A stretch of DNA of 60,768 nucleotides, counting the filler, from Sphacelaria rigidula (lineage: Eukaryota), in NCBI GenBank assembly GCA_964200075.2. It is 7 parts of 7 records of this genome, joined end to end, with 100 filler letters (N's around TTAATTAATTAA, not from the genome) between each part and the next. Parts side by side here need not be neighbours in the genome. Positions count along the whole stretch, not along the records: positions 8,697 to 17,292 come from CAXNAA020010645.1; positions 17,393 to 25,988 come from CAXNAA020010646.1; 5 more parts are not named here. One strand, written 5' to 3'. The notes below the pieces were generated by a model. That model worked only from the letters and a program-made list of their open reading frames with translations, ran no database searches and was not told the DNA's origin. Each line of letters begins with the position of its first letter. The stretch's first letter is position 1. Shown piece after piece: positions 11,963 to 23,850 of the stretch. The translations under genes were made by a program, and so were the position numbers.

Positions 11963-13561
11963 GCTTGCACCTCACAACGGCTTGATATACCGATGGCTGT
12001 GGACTGTAGGAGTGTCTTGCAGACACTGTTGTGTCGATGCAAGGCACATGGGACGAACGCGTGCAGTTTCTCCGCAGTCGCTGTACTTGTAAATAGTTAT
12101 TTACCTCTCCAGTCCGGGGGGCACATTTTTCGGCAATGCATGCAGCAGGCGCACTTCTCGCCCGCCACGATGCCGCTTGCACCGCGCGATGGTTCGAACG
12201 ATGGCTACGGACTGTGTGAGCATATTGCAGCTGCTGTTGTGTTAGTGAAAGGCACACGGGACGAACGCGCGCAGCTACTTCACTCGCTGAAGTTGTAAAT
12301 GACTATTTACCAGTCGCGAGTTGTGTACAGCCTCACCCTATTATTTATCATTGGTCATTGAACATTTATCGTTATTTTTATTTTTTTACTATCTCAGTAC
12401 AGCAAGTACTATTTCGCCATCATCCAAGAATCAGGGGGGGGTACCCCCCCCCATCAAAAGTGGGGTAAACCTCTCTTCTCCTGTCCCAGAATGAGGTTTT
12501 GGTGACAAGGGGGCCCCTGGTGCCGTGGCATTCGGATGTAAGGCCCCTTGCCTAAGATCATCGATCAGACTGGCAGTTTGAATACCGTAAAAGTGCGAGA
12601 GATGGCACCGGTCGGAAAGATGGCACCGGTCGGGGAGCTGGTACGGGGGTGCGCAAAAAGAAGTGGAAATGGCGTGATTTAATTGTATTTTTGCACCGGG
12701 GTCGGTAAGAGATCACACCGGGGTGCGATCTTATCGACCCGGAACCCAACTTTGAGGGTTCCGCGGGTGGAGCAGGGGCACTCTTGAGCTGCTGCATGTA
12801 CGCACATGGGTACCTTTCACGTGTGTAGTAGTGTTGTCAACATGTTGTCGCGACAACACTACTTTGCGTATGGTCACGGTTCAAGCAGGATGACGTCTTT
12901 TATTTCCATTCAATCCGCATGGAAAATCGCTCATTCCGTCCGAACAAAGTACGGTACACACCCAAATGAAGCAGCCAACATTTTTTCACCTTCACGCCAT
13001 ATCCAGACTAGCACTGAACAACTACCGGTATACAGCAGAGATGGCCTTTGTGCTGTGGTGATCCACCGCAAGCTAGTGCGAGCTACTACGTTCCAGACCC
13101 CGTTCCCGTGATCCCTTTGAGCCAGCAACAAAGGTACCTAGATACCAATGATGCGCACAACGGATGATCTTGTGTATTCTCAACTAGCAATCTTTCATAA
13201 CTCAATGTCTCCTTCCTCGTCCCCATCCCCCGACACGTCCAAGTATGTAGGCCACGGTTTGCATTTGTTTGGGCATCGCACCGGTCGGAGAGATGGCACC
13301 AGAGTGCGTTGAATAATCCAGAAAGAATCATTTAATTGCATTTTGGCACCGTGGTCGAGGAGATGGCACCGGCCGGGGAGATGGCACCGTGGTGCAAAAA
13401 AAATTCCGAGCAAAAAACATTTAGAAAATCGATCACACCCGGTACCATCTCTCGCGCTTTTACCATAATTAGTTCCAGTACATACACGTTTTTCAGACCC
13501 GCGGTCGATGAGAGCAGAGTTTTCGCCCGAAATATCGCGGTAGGCCAGCATTGAGACCAGT

Positions 13562-13772
13562 TGTAATGCGTGAGAGGACCGCGTGCTTAGAGGACCACGC
13601 CGTAGTTCAAAACACCTCAGGATTGATTTTTTTCAAAACCAATTGGCCCAGTCCCTGCAGGTACCACGCCCCTGACCGTAACCCCAACACTAACCCTAAC
13701 CCTAACCCTAACCATAGGGGTGTTCAAATTGCGATGCTATCCTCTAAGCACGCGGTCCTCTCAGGCATTACA
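13562..13772 (+). mobile_element. Telomere-repeat-containing MITE, copy 2
   Basis: Same TIRs and internal (CCCTAA)n; no TSD retained (CCAGT / CCCCT); an extra partial right end lies at about 13954-13978. Confidence 0.9.
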
Positions 13773-14018
13773 CCCCTAACGTGGAAATTGTGCTCGGTTA
13801 TGCCGCCTGCTGAAACGCTATTTTATTCATGCTAGTTGCTGAAAGGCTATGCTATTTATGCGACCAAGGTGCAAAAAAAATTCCGAGCAAAAAAAATTTA
13901 TTATTATTTATAAGTACAAGTCTACCCCTGACCGTAGGGGTGTCTCAATTCCTGCACGCGGTCCTCTCACGCAATACACCAAAGTCCTGAATGTGCGGGC
14001 AACAGATATAAAATAATG

Positions 14019-15232
14019 GAGAGTTTCGGAAAACGTTTTTTCATATCTTAGAGTCAGAGTGGAAGGAAAAATAGCCGGTAACGGTGCACTTTCCGCTTTG
14101 AAAATTTCTTCAGAGCGATTTTTTCAGAGTCAGTGTGCCGTTTGCACCACCACACTCTGAAAACTGTTGTTCCTCTTCAGAGCTCATAGCAGAATGAAAA
14201 AAAAACACGCCCACCTTCACCGCCATGGTCACGTCCAGTCCAAAGTCATTACACCCTAACCAGCAAAGTGGGACATTCATCGTCCATCGAAACTGCCATA
14301 CTCGTCACAATGGGCCATTCACGAAGTAGAAAAGATTGGCAACGCAATCAGAAGACCTCCCTGACGCCGCCATGGTATCTGTAATGCGTGAGAGGACCGC
14401 GTGCTTAGAGGACCGCATCGGAATTTGAACATCCCCATGGTTAGGGTTAGGGTTAGGGTTAGTGTTGGGGTTATGGTCAGGGGCGTGGTACCTGCAAGGA
14501 CTGGCCCGATTGGTTTTGAAAAACATCAATCCTGAGGTGTTTTGAACTACGGCGCGGTCCTCTCACGCATTACAGTATCAGCATTCGCTTGTTTGTGTTG
14601 CGTGAATATTCAACAGCTCGACGGGTACACGTTGACTTGGGTGCAGCTCCTCACTCTTGCCAGCCTCAGCTGGAAGAAGACGGTGGAAACGATTCTTAGT
14701 CTACAGCGCACAAGTAGTACTACCCCTGGCTGTATTCCCATCTTGTGAGAGATCATGACGTCTTGCACCACCGTTATGGGTGGCATGTGGAGAAATCATC
14801 GCAATGCAGCCGAGGTCTGCTGTTTGAAAGTGCTGCGTACAGTGTGTGTGTTATCGTCCCATTTATTCTGGACACCAGTCTACACCTTTCGGTATATGTG
14901 GGCGCATCAGCCGGGGTCAGACAGGAGGGAGGTCAGCACAGGAGTACTGTGTACTTTTGTTGTTCGTACAACTGACTCTCTGTACGGTATCGCTGTACAG
15001 TAGTCAGTGTTGTGCTGGCCTACGCACATCCGGAGTGGGCGCTGGTCGATCATACATTTGGCGGGGCAACTCGCGGCCAATCACTGCGACAGAACAAAAC
15101 CACGTCAAGCCACGTCACATCAGCTCCCGCTATGAACTTTAACTTTATAACTTGCACTTTGAAGTTTCGAAGCTTCCACTCTGCACTCTGACTCTATTAT
15201 AAAATAAAATAAAACATCTTCCGAAACTCTCT
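14019..15232. mobile_element. About 1.1-kb non-autonomous TIR transposon (GAGAG termini), copy 2, with a nested MITE and a SINE fragment
   Basis: Homologous to 2298-3423; flanked by a (T)AATG duplication (4-5 bp depending on end placement); insertions at 14380-14574 and about 14843-14943. Confidence 0.85.
14380..14574 (-). mobile_element. Telomere-repeat-containing MITE, copy 3 (reverse orientation)
   Basis: Internal (TTAGGG)n; perfect 5-bp TSD GTATC; the empty site (CATGGTATCAGC) is visible in the paralogous element at about 2658-2669. Confidence 0.95.
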
Positions 15233-17053
15233 AATGATGCACCCACCGTTGCGAGCCGTCAAGATATTTGGCGTGAATTTCCCCCTCTGAAGATCGAGCA
15301 AATTGTGTGCTAGTTTCCCGCTGCAAATGAATGATTTCCTTGCGCTTCTTGACGCAGAAATTGACCACCACACGTAGGAAGGAGTGATTTGCATGATTCG
15401 ATTATAGGCAATGAATTATCCACTGCAGTACAGTACGAGTATGAGCAGAGTTATACATCAACTATACATATGGTGAGTCAAAGGTTGATTGAATATTGTC
15501 TTTCCCTTGCTCAAAAAAATAAATCAAATGACCAACCTCCATTCATCCATCCATCCATCCATCCATCCATCCATCCATCCAATTAATTAATTAATTAAAT
15601 TTATTGAGTTGATTGCTGATCATATATTGAATTTGTTGCGGATTGCTAATCGAACAGGGTTGATGAGTTTATTCGACCCTCAGAAGAAGGCGAGGGGAGT
15701 TCATCTGGATTATGTGCACTACTTTTTTCGAGTGAAATTGATGCCGATATAACAGTGGACAGTAGTGGATGGCATGCTCTTGCTGTCTAACCTTGGCCGC
15801 GAGAATCATAGTCCATCGAGGTCGTGCATAATTCACCATGTGAATTTGACGCCGATTCAACGGCGCATATTACAAATGTTACGGTTGCGCTAACTATGTT
15901 CCCGGGCGGTGCGTCTAAAAATGCATTACTCACTTTTCAGACCTCTGCGTGTTTCCATTATTCCGAACTCAAAATTGTACTTGTGGTTGGTGTCGAGTCT
16001 ACGGTACCTAGGTTTCACAGAAACTTATCATATCAAACACATCTTTCGTGTTTCCATCGGTGCATCACAGAGAGCGGGTTGTGAAAAGACGGGCCACACA
16101 ACACGGACGACAGCGGACGGGCCTTGGAGCGCCGCTCTTACATCAGAAGTACCGCGAAGTTTGTGGTACCGACTGGCAGTGCTGGACGCAGCAGAGACAA
16201 ATTACGGCGCTCTCTTGGGGAGGCGGAGGAGATAGAAGCAGCTGCGGCGTGGCTTGATGTCCGGGTTTTTGTTCTAGTTGTATTGACTGTATTTTACCGA
16301 ACTGTACTACTGTTTTGGCCCGTTTTTTTGTCGTCGTTGCGCCATGTGGCACCCGCGACGACGGCAGAAGTTACTGGTACACTTGAAGCACGGACGGGTG
16401 TCTTGGGCTGTGGCGATATCAATGCTGCTGTTGCTGCTGCGAGGGGTGATGGGTGAGGATGCTACCGCTGCTGCTGCGAGGAGTAAAGGCGGGCGCGGCA
16501 CAACTTCAAGCCCGGATGACGAGGGCATGACAACCTCCAATTCGTCCTTGGCAAAAAGGGTGGAGGTACGCGGCGTATCTACAGTACAGTATATCCTGTG
16601 TACTAGTTGTATGTCGTTCATGCAGGTGCTTGTATCGACTACGCTATGATGCCGAAGGCTTACCGACAGAGAAAAGGAGAGAGGGGGGGGGGGAGGGCGG
16701 GGGGTAACAGAGAGGAAAATAAAGTTATCGAACAGGCTTTGCTTATGTTGATGTTGTTGGTGTTATTGGTTACAACGCCTACCGCAGAACCAAGGACTTG
16801 AAACTATTCGCTTTCGCGCGCAGTCCGACAAATTTAATTAAATATTACATTTTTCTGTAGCCCCACTCGCGGTTGATAAGATCGCTTGGGATCCCAGTTT
16901 GGGGGACGAGAAGGATTATGTTTTCCGCAGCCCCAATACCACAGTAGTGATAGTTGCTGCACCACGATCGCAGGCTTGAGGCTTTGGTCACCAACTGCAA
17001 GTATCATGTCGGGAAAGCTCCTGATGCATCTACAGGGTTGCTCTCGACAGTAG

Positions 17054-17270
17054 TGTAATGCGTGAGAGGACCGCGTGCTTAGAGGACCGCGCAGTAGTTC
17101 AAAACACCGCAGGATCACCGTTGTTCTAAACCAATCGGGTCAGTACCTAGAGGTACCATGCCCCTGACCAAAACCCTAACCCTAACCCTAACCCTAACCC
17201 TAACCCCCACCATAGGGATATTCAAATTCCGATGCGGTCCTCTAAGCACGCGGTCCTCTCACGCATTACA
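17054..17270 (+). mobile_element. Telomere-repeat-containing MITE, copy 4
   Basis: Same TIRs; five tandem CCCTAA units at about 17174-17203; flanks AGTAG / AGCAG (4/5 TSD). Confidence 0.92.
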
Positions 17271-17404
17271 AGCAGTATGAGGGAGGGGGTGGNNNNNNNN
17301 NNNNNNNNNNNNNNNNNNNNNNNNNNNNNNNNNNNNTTAATTAATTAANNNNNNNNNNNNNNNNNNNNNNNNNNNNNNNNNNNNNNNNNNNNTCTAACGG
17401 TTAA

Positions 17405-17534
17405 CTCCTCCTGCGGAGTTTTGGGGAGGAAGATACTTTCGCTCTGTGTTACTCTTTCGTATCTTCCCTGCAATAGAGAAATGCGACTTCAGCCCCATTT
17501 TTGTGTTGAACCCCAAAATTTAAAATCGGCTGTT
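17405..17534. mobile_element. Terminus of a second AACAGCCGAT-ended element, abutting the transposase
   Basis: Near-identical to 52271-52397; ends ...AAAATCGGCTGTT directly against the transposase sequence. Confidence 0.75.
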
Positions 17535-19970
17535 GGATGATGTTTTGGCGACAACAGGAGGATGTGGCCCCGACTCTCCACCGTGTGTTGTAGAGTCGTC
17601 TCCTCGTGCTTGAAGTCAGGTAAGTTGGCGAGGACGACAAAAAACCTTCCCTCCTCCGGGGTTTTGGCGCAAAGGACATGCCATCGACGTATAGACCACG
17701 CTCCCACAGCACCTGCTTCATCCCCTTCGCCTTACCGATGTATCCCTCAGGAACAAGAGTCTTCTTCTTTCTGGAAACCTTCGTGGTGGCACCCTCCGCC
17801 GTCGAACCCATGGTGGAGCTTCCGCCACGCACCATCTCCGAACCCGCGGCACCGTTCGCCGTGGAACTGTCAACAGCAGTCCTGACCTTCTTCGCGTCCG
17901 TAGCCGGGGCGTCGACGGCGTAGAACGGCGGAGGGTCGTTTTTCGCGAACGCCATGCGCTGTGTGTCGCCAACTGCAAGCTTGAGGTCCATGATTCTCTC
18001 GGTGACACCTTCGATGAACTGCGTGCTCCATTTGCCGTTGTTGAGATGCATCTTCGTTTCCCCCGATCCCACGCATCCTTCAGTCAGCTGCGTGTCTCTC
18101 AGAAGCTTATGCATCCCCCCGGATCGAAATTCATATGTCCTACATGTAGTCCATCCTCGCGGTACTTGGCATATCCTGCCGAGTGATCCACTTCGAGCAT
18201 GAGCTGCTTCTCAGGATACATAACCTCAAAAACATCCATGTAATCCACAACTTGCTCCTCAAACTCCTTAAATCCCCAATACCCATCGCGGTTTTTACCA
18301 TACTCAATGAAACGCAGCCCTGGGGAGCAGGTAAGTTCCGGGCGCCCAACGCTTTTCCGGAATTCGTTGACCTTGGCGAGTGTTCCATTCACCAAATCCA
18401 CTCCGAACCCGAGGACCTCGCATTGAATCGCAGACACCATCTCCCCCAGCCCGGGTGTCTTCTTCCGCAGACCGCGAGCACCCCGAACAACCCACTCCGT
18501 AGACGAGAGCGCGTAGCATCGGTAGCAGCTCTCGTCCTGGCCCGCGTGACGAAGCTCCTTACCACACTTGCAGACCGTCGTCTCGTGGTGAAACTCGCAC
18601 GGAGCTTCTGCAGCTTTGTCAAAGCGGACGCTGTAGCGCCCGCGTTCCTCGCCTAGTCCTCTGCGGAGAGCGTCATGCTTGTCGCTATCGTCCCCCAAGA
18701 AGTCTACGTGTATCTCCACGCACTGGTCACCCTTGTCGTCTTTGTAACGGAATACCTCCGCGTAAGGAGTCTCCTCGCCCTCTTCTTCCAACTTTTCCAG
18801 ACCTTTCTGCTGGTCACACGTCAATGAGTCCCACGCTATCTGGGCCCAGCATGGTTGTCGCAGAGCATGTCTCCTCTTTGCCCTGACGTATTCCTCGCGG
18901 TACTTGACGACGTCACTCCTCTCGTGCCCATCGGTGTAGTAGGACTGTGACGCGCGGTCAAACTTACAGCCAAGCTTGACCATCCACTTATGAGTGGTGG
19001 TCGACGACACTGGCAGGGTCAGTCCGTACTTCTCGAGGTTCAAAAACCCTTCCTGGACCAGCAAGGTGTTCAGCAACGTCTATGTTTTCTTCACCGACAA
19101 CCGCTTCTTGGCCTTCAGCGACTCCAAGATAGTGTGCTAAACATCCTCATTCGCAAGAGGCCACTCCCGTGTGCACGATCCCCTTCCATCACGTTTAAAG
19201 TCGCCATTGAGATCTCGAAACTCGCGCACCCACGAAAGAATCGCTTTGGCCGTAGCGTCGGAGCGCACTTGCTCCGCCAAGCGTACAGCAATGAGCACGA
19301 GCGAGTTGTCGAGGCGGACAGTCGAGGCTTCGTCCATGCTCTTGAAAACGGGCCCACCAACGGTGTTCTGCACCTGGGATTCGTCGGCGGCCTCGCAAGC
19401 CCTTAGCGCCTCTTTGTAGTGTAGTAGCTGAAGCTGATCACGGTCGCGTAGCACCTCCAGCACTTTCCTCGCCGCCGTCGACTGACGGGCTAGCCTGCCC
19501 CGCTGAGCATCAGTTAAATCTGTGTTCATTGTCAGCGTCACCGAGGGTTCCGCATCGGACGCGGCAACCTCGCCGGCGGATGCGGCGCCTCCACCACTGG
19601 GTCCTTCTGTAGGCGCAAAACCCGCGTCGGGTGTCGCGCTCTCCTCTTTGAGTGTAGCGCTGTCATCGTTGAACAGCAACACGGTAATGTCGCCAAGCAT
19701 TGCCGTTTCAATCCGGGCGAGGAGCGCATCGACTTCCTCAGCCCGCTAGGCCAGGTTGACTGCACGGTACCTAAGGTAGAACGCGCGATTTCTGATGTTT
19801 TTGCGGAGCTTCGCTTCGCGCGTGCGCCACGAACGCTGAAGCAATCGCTTCGGCCTATGTGTTATGTACGTGGACGCCATCCATTTCTCACGTGTCATTT
19901 GAAGGCCTTCCCGCCGCTGTCTCTTGTACAAATTCCCTTGCGCACACGAGAGTACGTGAGAGTGTTGACA
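17535..19970 (-). pseudogene. Decayed DDE transposase of the IS630/Tc1-mariner-like superfamily (large eukaryotic type)
   Basis: Motifs in order across ORFs 19746-19931, 19137-19700, 18099-19076, 17449-18114 and 17489-17707: YTDGHERSDVVKYR, QDESCY, KKTPGLGEMVS, GKNRDGYW, EVDHSAGY, GKAKGMKQVLWERGL, DFKHEETTLQHTVESRGHILLLSPKHHP. Three in-frame TAG stops, frameshifts near 18115 and 17670, truncated before the expected third catalytic residue. Family assigned from recalled motifs. Confidence 0.8.
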
Positions 19971-20359
19971 GATTTACCTGTGGGTGACAGATTCCACAAT
20001 TGGTGGCAGCAGAGGGTTAACAAAGAATGTATTTACGCGAACACTCGAGAGTTCCTCCCTGGGCGCATTGGGAATTGTACCGATAAAGCCTTGTTATACA
20101 GTTCTGCACAGTATAGTTCAGTATGCGCTCCGACTCGTTTTCTACATGTCAAATTTGGGACTGGATGTGTTGAACTCCGTCACGTGAGGTATCACAAACT
20201 GGTCAACTGATGTCGTGCACACCGCCAACTTGTGGTTGGTTCGCCCACTGATAATGGCGGAGTCACCGTATCGAGCGGCATATGATGTGTATTGCACAGT
20301 ACTCCAATACTGTTGTCTTCTCGATATTGTGAGGCGCTGTACAAATAGGACGGAACGGT

Positions 20360-21130
20360 GCGGTAGTGACTGAAGGCGGTAGTGTTTGACCCCGGCCAAG
20401 CATCGAATGGTTTAACCGATTTGTATTTTGATGAGGAAACGAATCACCACGAGTATGGCATGGCCGTGAACTTTGCTATCCCACACCGTGCAGGAACGTG
20501 TGGCACTGTACCGTACTACACAGTACGGTACGTGCTACGCATCGCTTCGAATTGCATGCACAGGTTCGGATCTTCGGGTGGTATACCCCGTCAGCTGCAG
20601 CGCAAGTTGATACTGTAAACTGACCCAACGCACATCGTGCAAGCACCCAAGACTTGTATAGTGCAGTACAGTAAAGAACAGTGCAATCAGTAAAGCATCG
20701 CGTACTGCACGGTACTGGACACGTACTGCTGGTATTGCACAGCACTGTACTGTACGAATTGGACAGGGCGGTACAGTAAGGACTGTATGGTGCTGTAGGA
20801 AAACGTATGACTCCGGCCAAGCTTCGAACAGTTTTGATCGGTTTGTACAGTGAGAGGGATAAGAATCAATGCAAGTATGGTAGGATGATGTACTGTACCG
20901 TAACATACCGTGCAGGAACGTGGGGTGCCGCACTACACAACAAGATAGGCGCGACGCATCGCTACAATTTGCATGTACAAGTTTTGGATCGGGGGTGTTA
21001 TAACACGTCAGCTACTTGTACAGCACACGTTGCTGGACTGACATAACACATGCTTATGCAAGCATCTAAGGCTTGTACGGCACAGTAAGGTAAAGAACGG
21101 TACAGTGCATTACAGTGCAGTACTGTACGG
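20360..21130. repeat. Diverged tandem duplication (~420-bp period) upstream of the transposase
   Basis: CCGGCCAAGC, ACCGTGCAGGAACGTG, ACGCATCGCT and CGTCAGCT anchors recur about 420 bp apart. Confidence 0.65.
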
Positions 21131-22283
21131 TACTGTGCTTGTATTGTGCTGCTCCGTGCGCGACCGTGACCCCAGGATTTCAAATTCAAATCACCAAATG
21201 CACGCTGTTTGAAAACGACGGTTGAGGATACACATGTTTTCAAAACTCGCCTGAGGGAAGCCTGACCGATGACCCTGCTCCCTTCCTCTTGGATTGTGCA
21301 GTTTGAAGCAATTCGTCAGGCAGAGGGAGCTCACCCCGAAGCCCGTGATCTCAGCTCAGTCGCCAGTGCTCTGCAGATTTTTCCGCCTCCTTGCGAGAGG
21401 CAACCCACTTTGACCTCTTTGCTTGCCCCTTTCTCCCCTTGGATGAAGAGTACATCAAAACCAGCCGGAACTTTCCCCTGTCTTGTCTTCTTCTATTCTC
21501 GGCACAGAGGTCTTCACAAACTCTTCGTCGGCTCGCACACTACTACCAGACGCCTTGGCGCGCTGGGGATATCGTCTGCGTGACATCTTAGACCCTGCGC
21601 GCCTAGTAATGAATGTGTTGTTGTGCGGACCCAACTTGTGCGGCACCACGCGGCATTACTGACTGTAACCGAGAACCCAATTCCAGCCGTTTTTTTTCTA
21701 TTTCCGCCGCACATGGCAGCCTCAACTCTCTACACTTCGCAGCTGACTATAGTTTGGTATTTCGTTTGATTGGAACTTACGAATCGCAATGCAACATGGA
21801 TTGAAAGACGCGCGCTTACTTGCAGATCAACACGATGTTACATAGTGGGCATAACTCGCGGTATATCGTCGGTTAGACCGGGTTGAAGAAAAGTCCGTTT
21901 CTTCGGTGGCCCAGCCTGTAGAGATCCCACACACTGGTTACGAGTGTATGTCCACACGCCTGTGCTTCGAAGCGACGCTTTCGCTGCAGGCGTGGTAAAA
22001 ATGCTGGTGGTATTACGGTATATACCTCGCATATAAATCCACATAGTTCATAAGAACCCCGTGGTCCAGTGTCTACCAACACAAACCATGTTTAAAAAAA
22101 GTCACTTCATCAATCATGCTTTTGTTTATGGAGGTTTTTGCTTGATATTCATTAGAAGCACAAATTTGTGAGTTTTTCACTCTGGATCTATTTTATTTTA
22201 TTTTGGTTTCTTCTGCTAGCCTGTGACCACGGNNNNNNNNNNCAGTGTACCGCGCAGATATCGGAACGGCTTTTAATGTGAAG

Positions 22284-22314
<31 letters not shown>

Positions 22315-22578
22315 AACTTTACCGGGTGCCAACAAAGAATAGGGTAGTTCAATAGATACCTCGTCGTTCTCTCGAGCACGAAAGCGGGAGTGCAATACCT
22401 ACAGCTGCCATTTGATCGTTTTCTTCTGTCAGTAACATACCCATGCTGCACGGTGGAGTAGATTTTATGTGCGCTGTAAACACTGTACGGCATATCAACA
22501 ACAATGAACACATTCGGGGTGACGAAACCCTGTGAAGCGTACTGTGCGGCGCGAAAAAAAACCTACAGCCTAATTCCT

Positions 22579-23850
22579 GCGAGAAACACTGCACAGTTTA
22601 CCTGGAACCTGTAGGCATGTCCCACAGGGTGCCATCTATCCACGTGTGCTATGATCCTGGGAGGACATCACTCCTGTCTTTAAACAGCAAGGATCACAGC
22701 CTTCTCCACATTACAGGGGTTTGTACCGGGACCCTACAGAGACACATTTGACACCAGAGAATAAGGGCTGCGCACCCTCTCTCGTGAATCAAAGGCCCTG
22801 GGACTCCCCTAGGATACCAACAGCCTTTATTAAGCCCTTACGGTTGCATTTACGAAGCTGAAATCGTGTACAGCGGTGAAATCTTCACTCTGCTCAGGTG
22901 TACAATAGATTACTGTTGTCTTGCCGCTTTTTGCGGTGATAACCTCAATAGCTTCTGTTGTGGGCCAAGTCTGTCAACGGGCTGTTGCGACCCTGTTGTG
23001 AAGCTTTGCATCCCTGATGCTCCACCTGCACCATCTTCGGTCATGACTTCGTTATCCTGTGGTGCTGCTGTAGATGCGGTGTGTTGAACCCCAGAGCTCA
23101 GAATTCGGAGGGTTCCACAGCATTCTAAAATCCAGTATGAAAGTGGTTGTTACGCACTCTGCCACTGTAACGTAGTTTTGGAGCAAACACCTGACCTCTA
23201 CTCCATGCAGACAACGGCAACCTCTATTTGGCAGTCAGTAGGTTGTACGCAATGTAGATTTATCGGGGAGTGCGAGAATCTCGTATACTATGCGTTTACC
23301 CTCGAACCACATTCACGACAATCCCCCTGCGCTGATGTATGGCGACTGCGGTGCATGAAGCAAGTACGGAACCAAGGCCGGAGCCCGAAAATGGTCCAAG
23401 AAGCACCTGACGCTACAGCAATTTTCTCCGAGTGCAATGGGTACGTTGGCAACAACATGGTCATGAACTGATGAACTTGGCCGCACATCCCGCCCACGCT
23501 CTGAGTCCGGCCGCAGAAAGGTGCAGCTTGTCGTGATGAAGCATTGCTCCGTCCAAAACAACCTCTGCAGAGCCCTCGGTTGTCAAAAACCTGCGGTAGC
23601 GGTAGCGTCGTGAGGATTGGCCGCACTCGTCGATGATGGCATAGCTTTGTATATCCATGAATGTTCACTCCACTTATGTTGATGTCAGCATTCATGATTC
23701 ACCCGTGGCCGTCCTTGTGTGACTGGGGATATCATGTTTCTCGTTGCATATTATCAAATGCAGAATGTCTCCCCAGAACAAAAATTAGGAACAGGTGGCA
23801 CCCTGTGGGGCACCTCTACAGGGTATAGGCACCCCGTGCAGTGTTATTCG
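22579..23850. mobile_element. About 1.3-kb TIR element
   Basis: GCGAGAAACACTGCAC...CCCACAGGGTGCCATCT is mirrored by AGGTGGCACCCTGTGGG...GTGCAGTGTTATTCGC. Confidence 0.6.

Larger units (their letters stand above)
9004..12338. mobile_element. About 3.3-kb foldback element with long TIRs built from ~200-bp subrepeats
   Basis: 9030-9500 (tandem units ...TGCGCGCGTTCGTCCC(A/G)TGTGCCTTGCATC...) is the reverse complement of about 11990-12325; outer ends GGGTGAGGC / GCCTCACCC. Confidence 0.7.

Noticed and set aside
16080-16800. Possible minus-strand exon(s) of a low-complexity Ser/Ala/Pro-rich protein
   Set aside because: Coding-like composition, but stops or frame changes in each plausible frame, no recognisable domain and no consistent splice partners.
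17174-17210. True telomere near the contig end (also CCCTAA at about 39911-39929)
   Set aside because: Only 3-5 units; the 17174 tract is enclosed by MITE TIRs and non-telomeric sequence follows.
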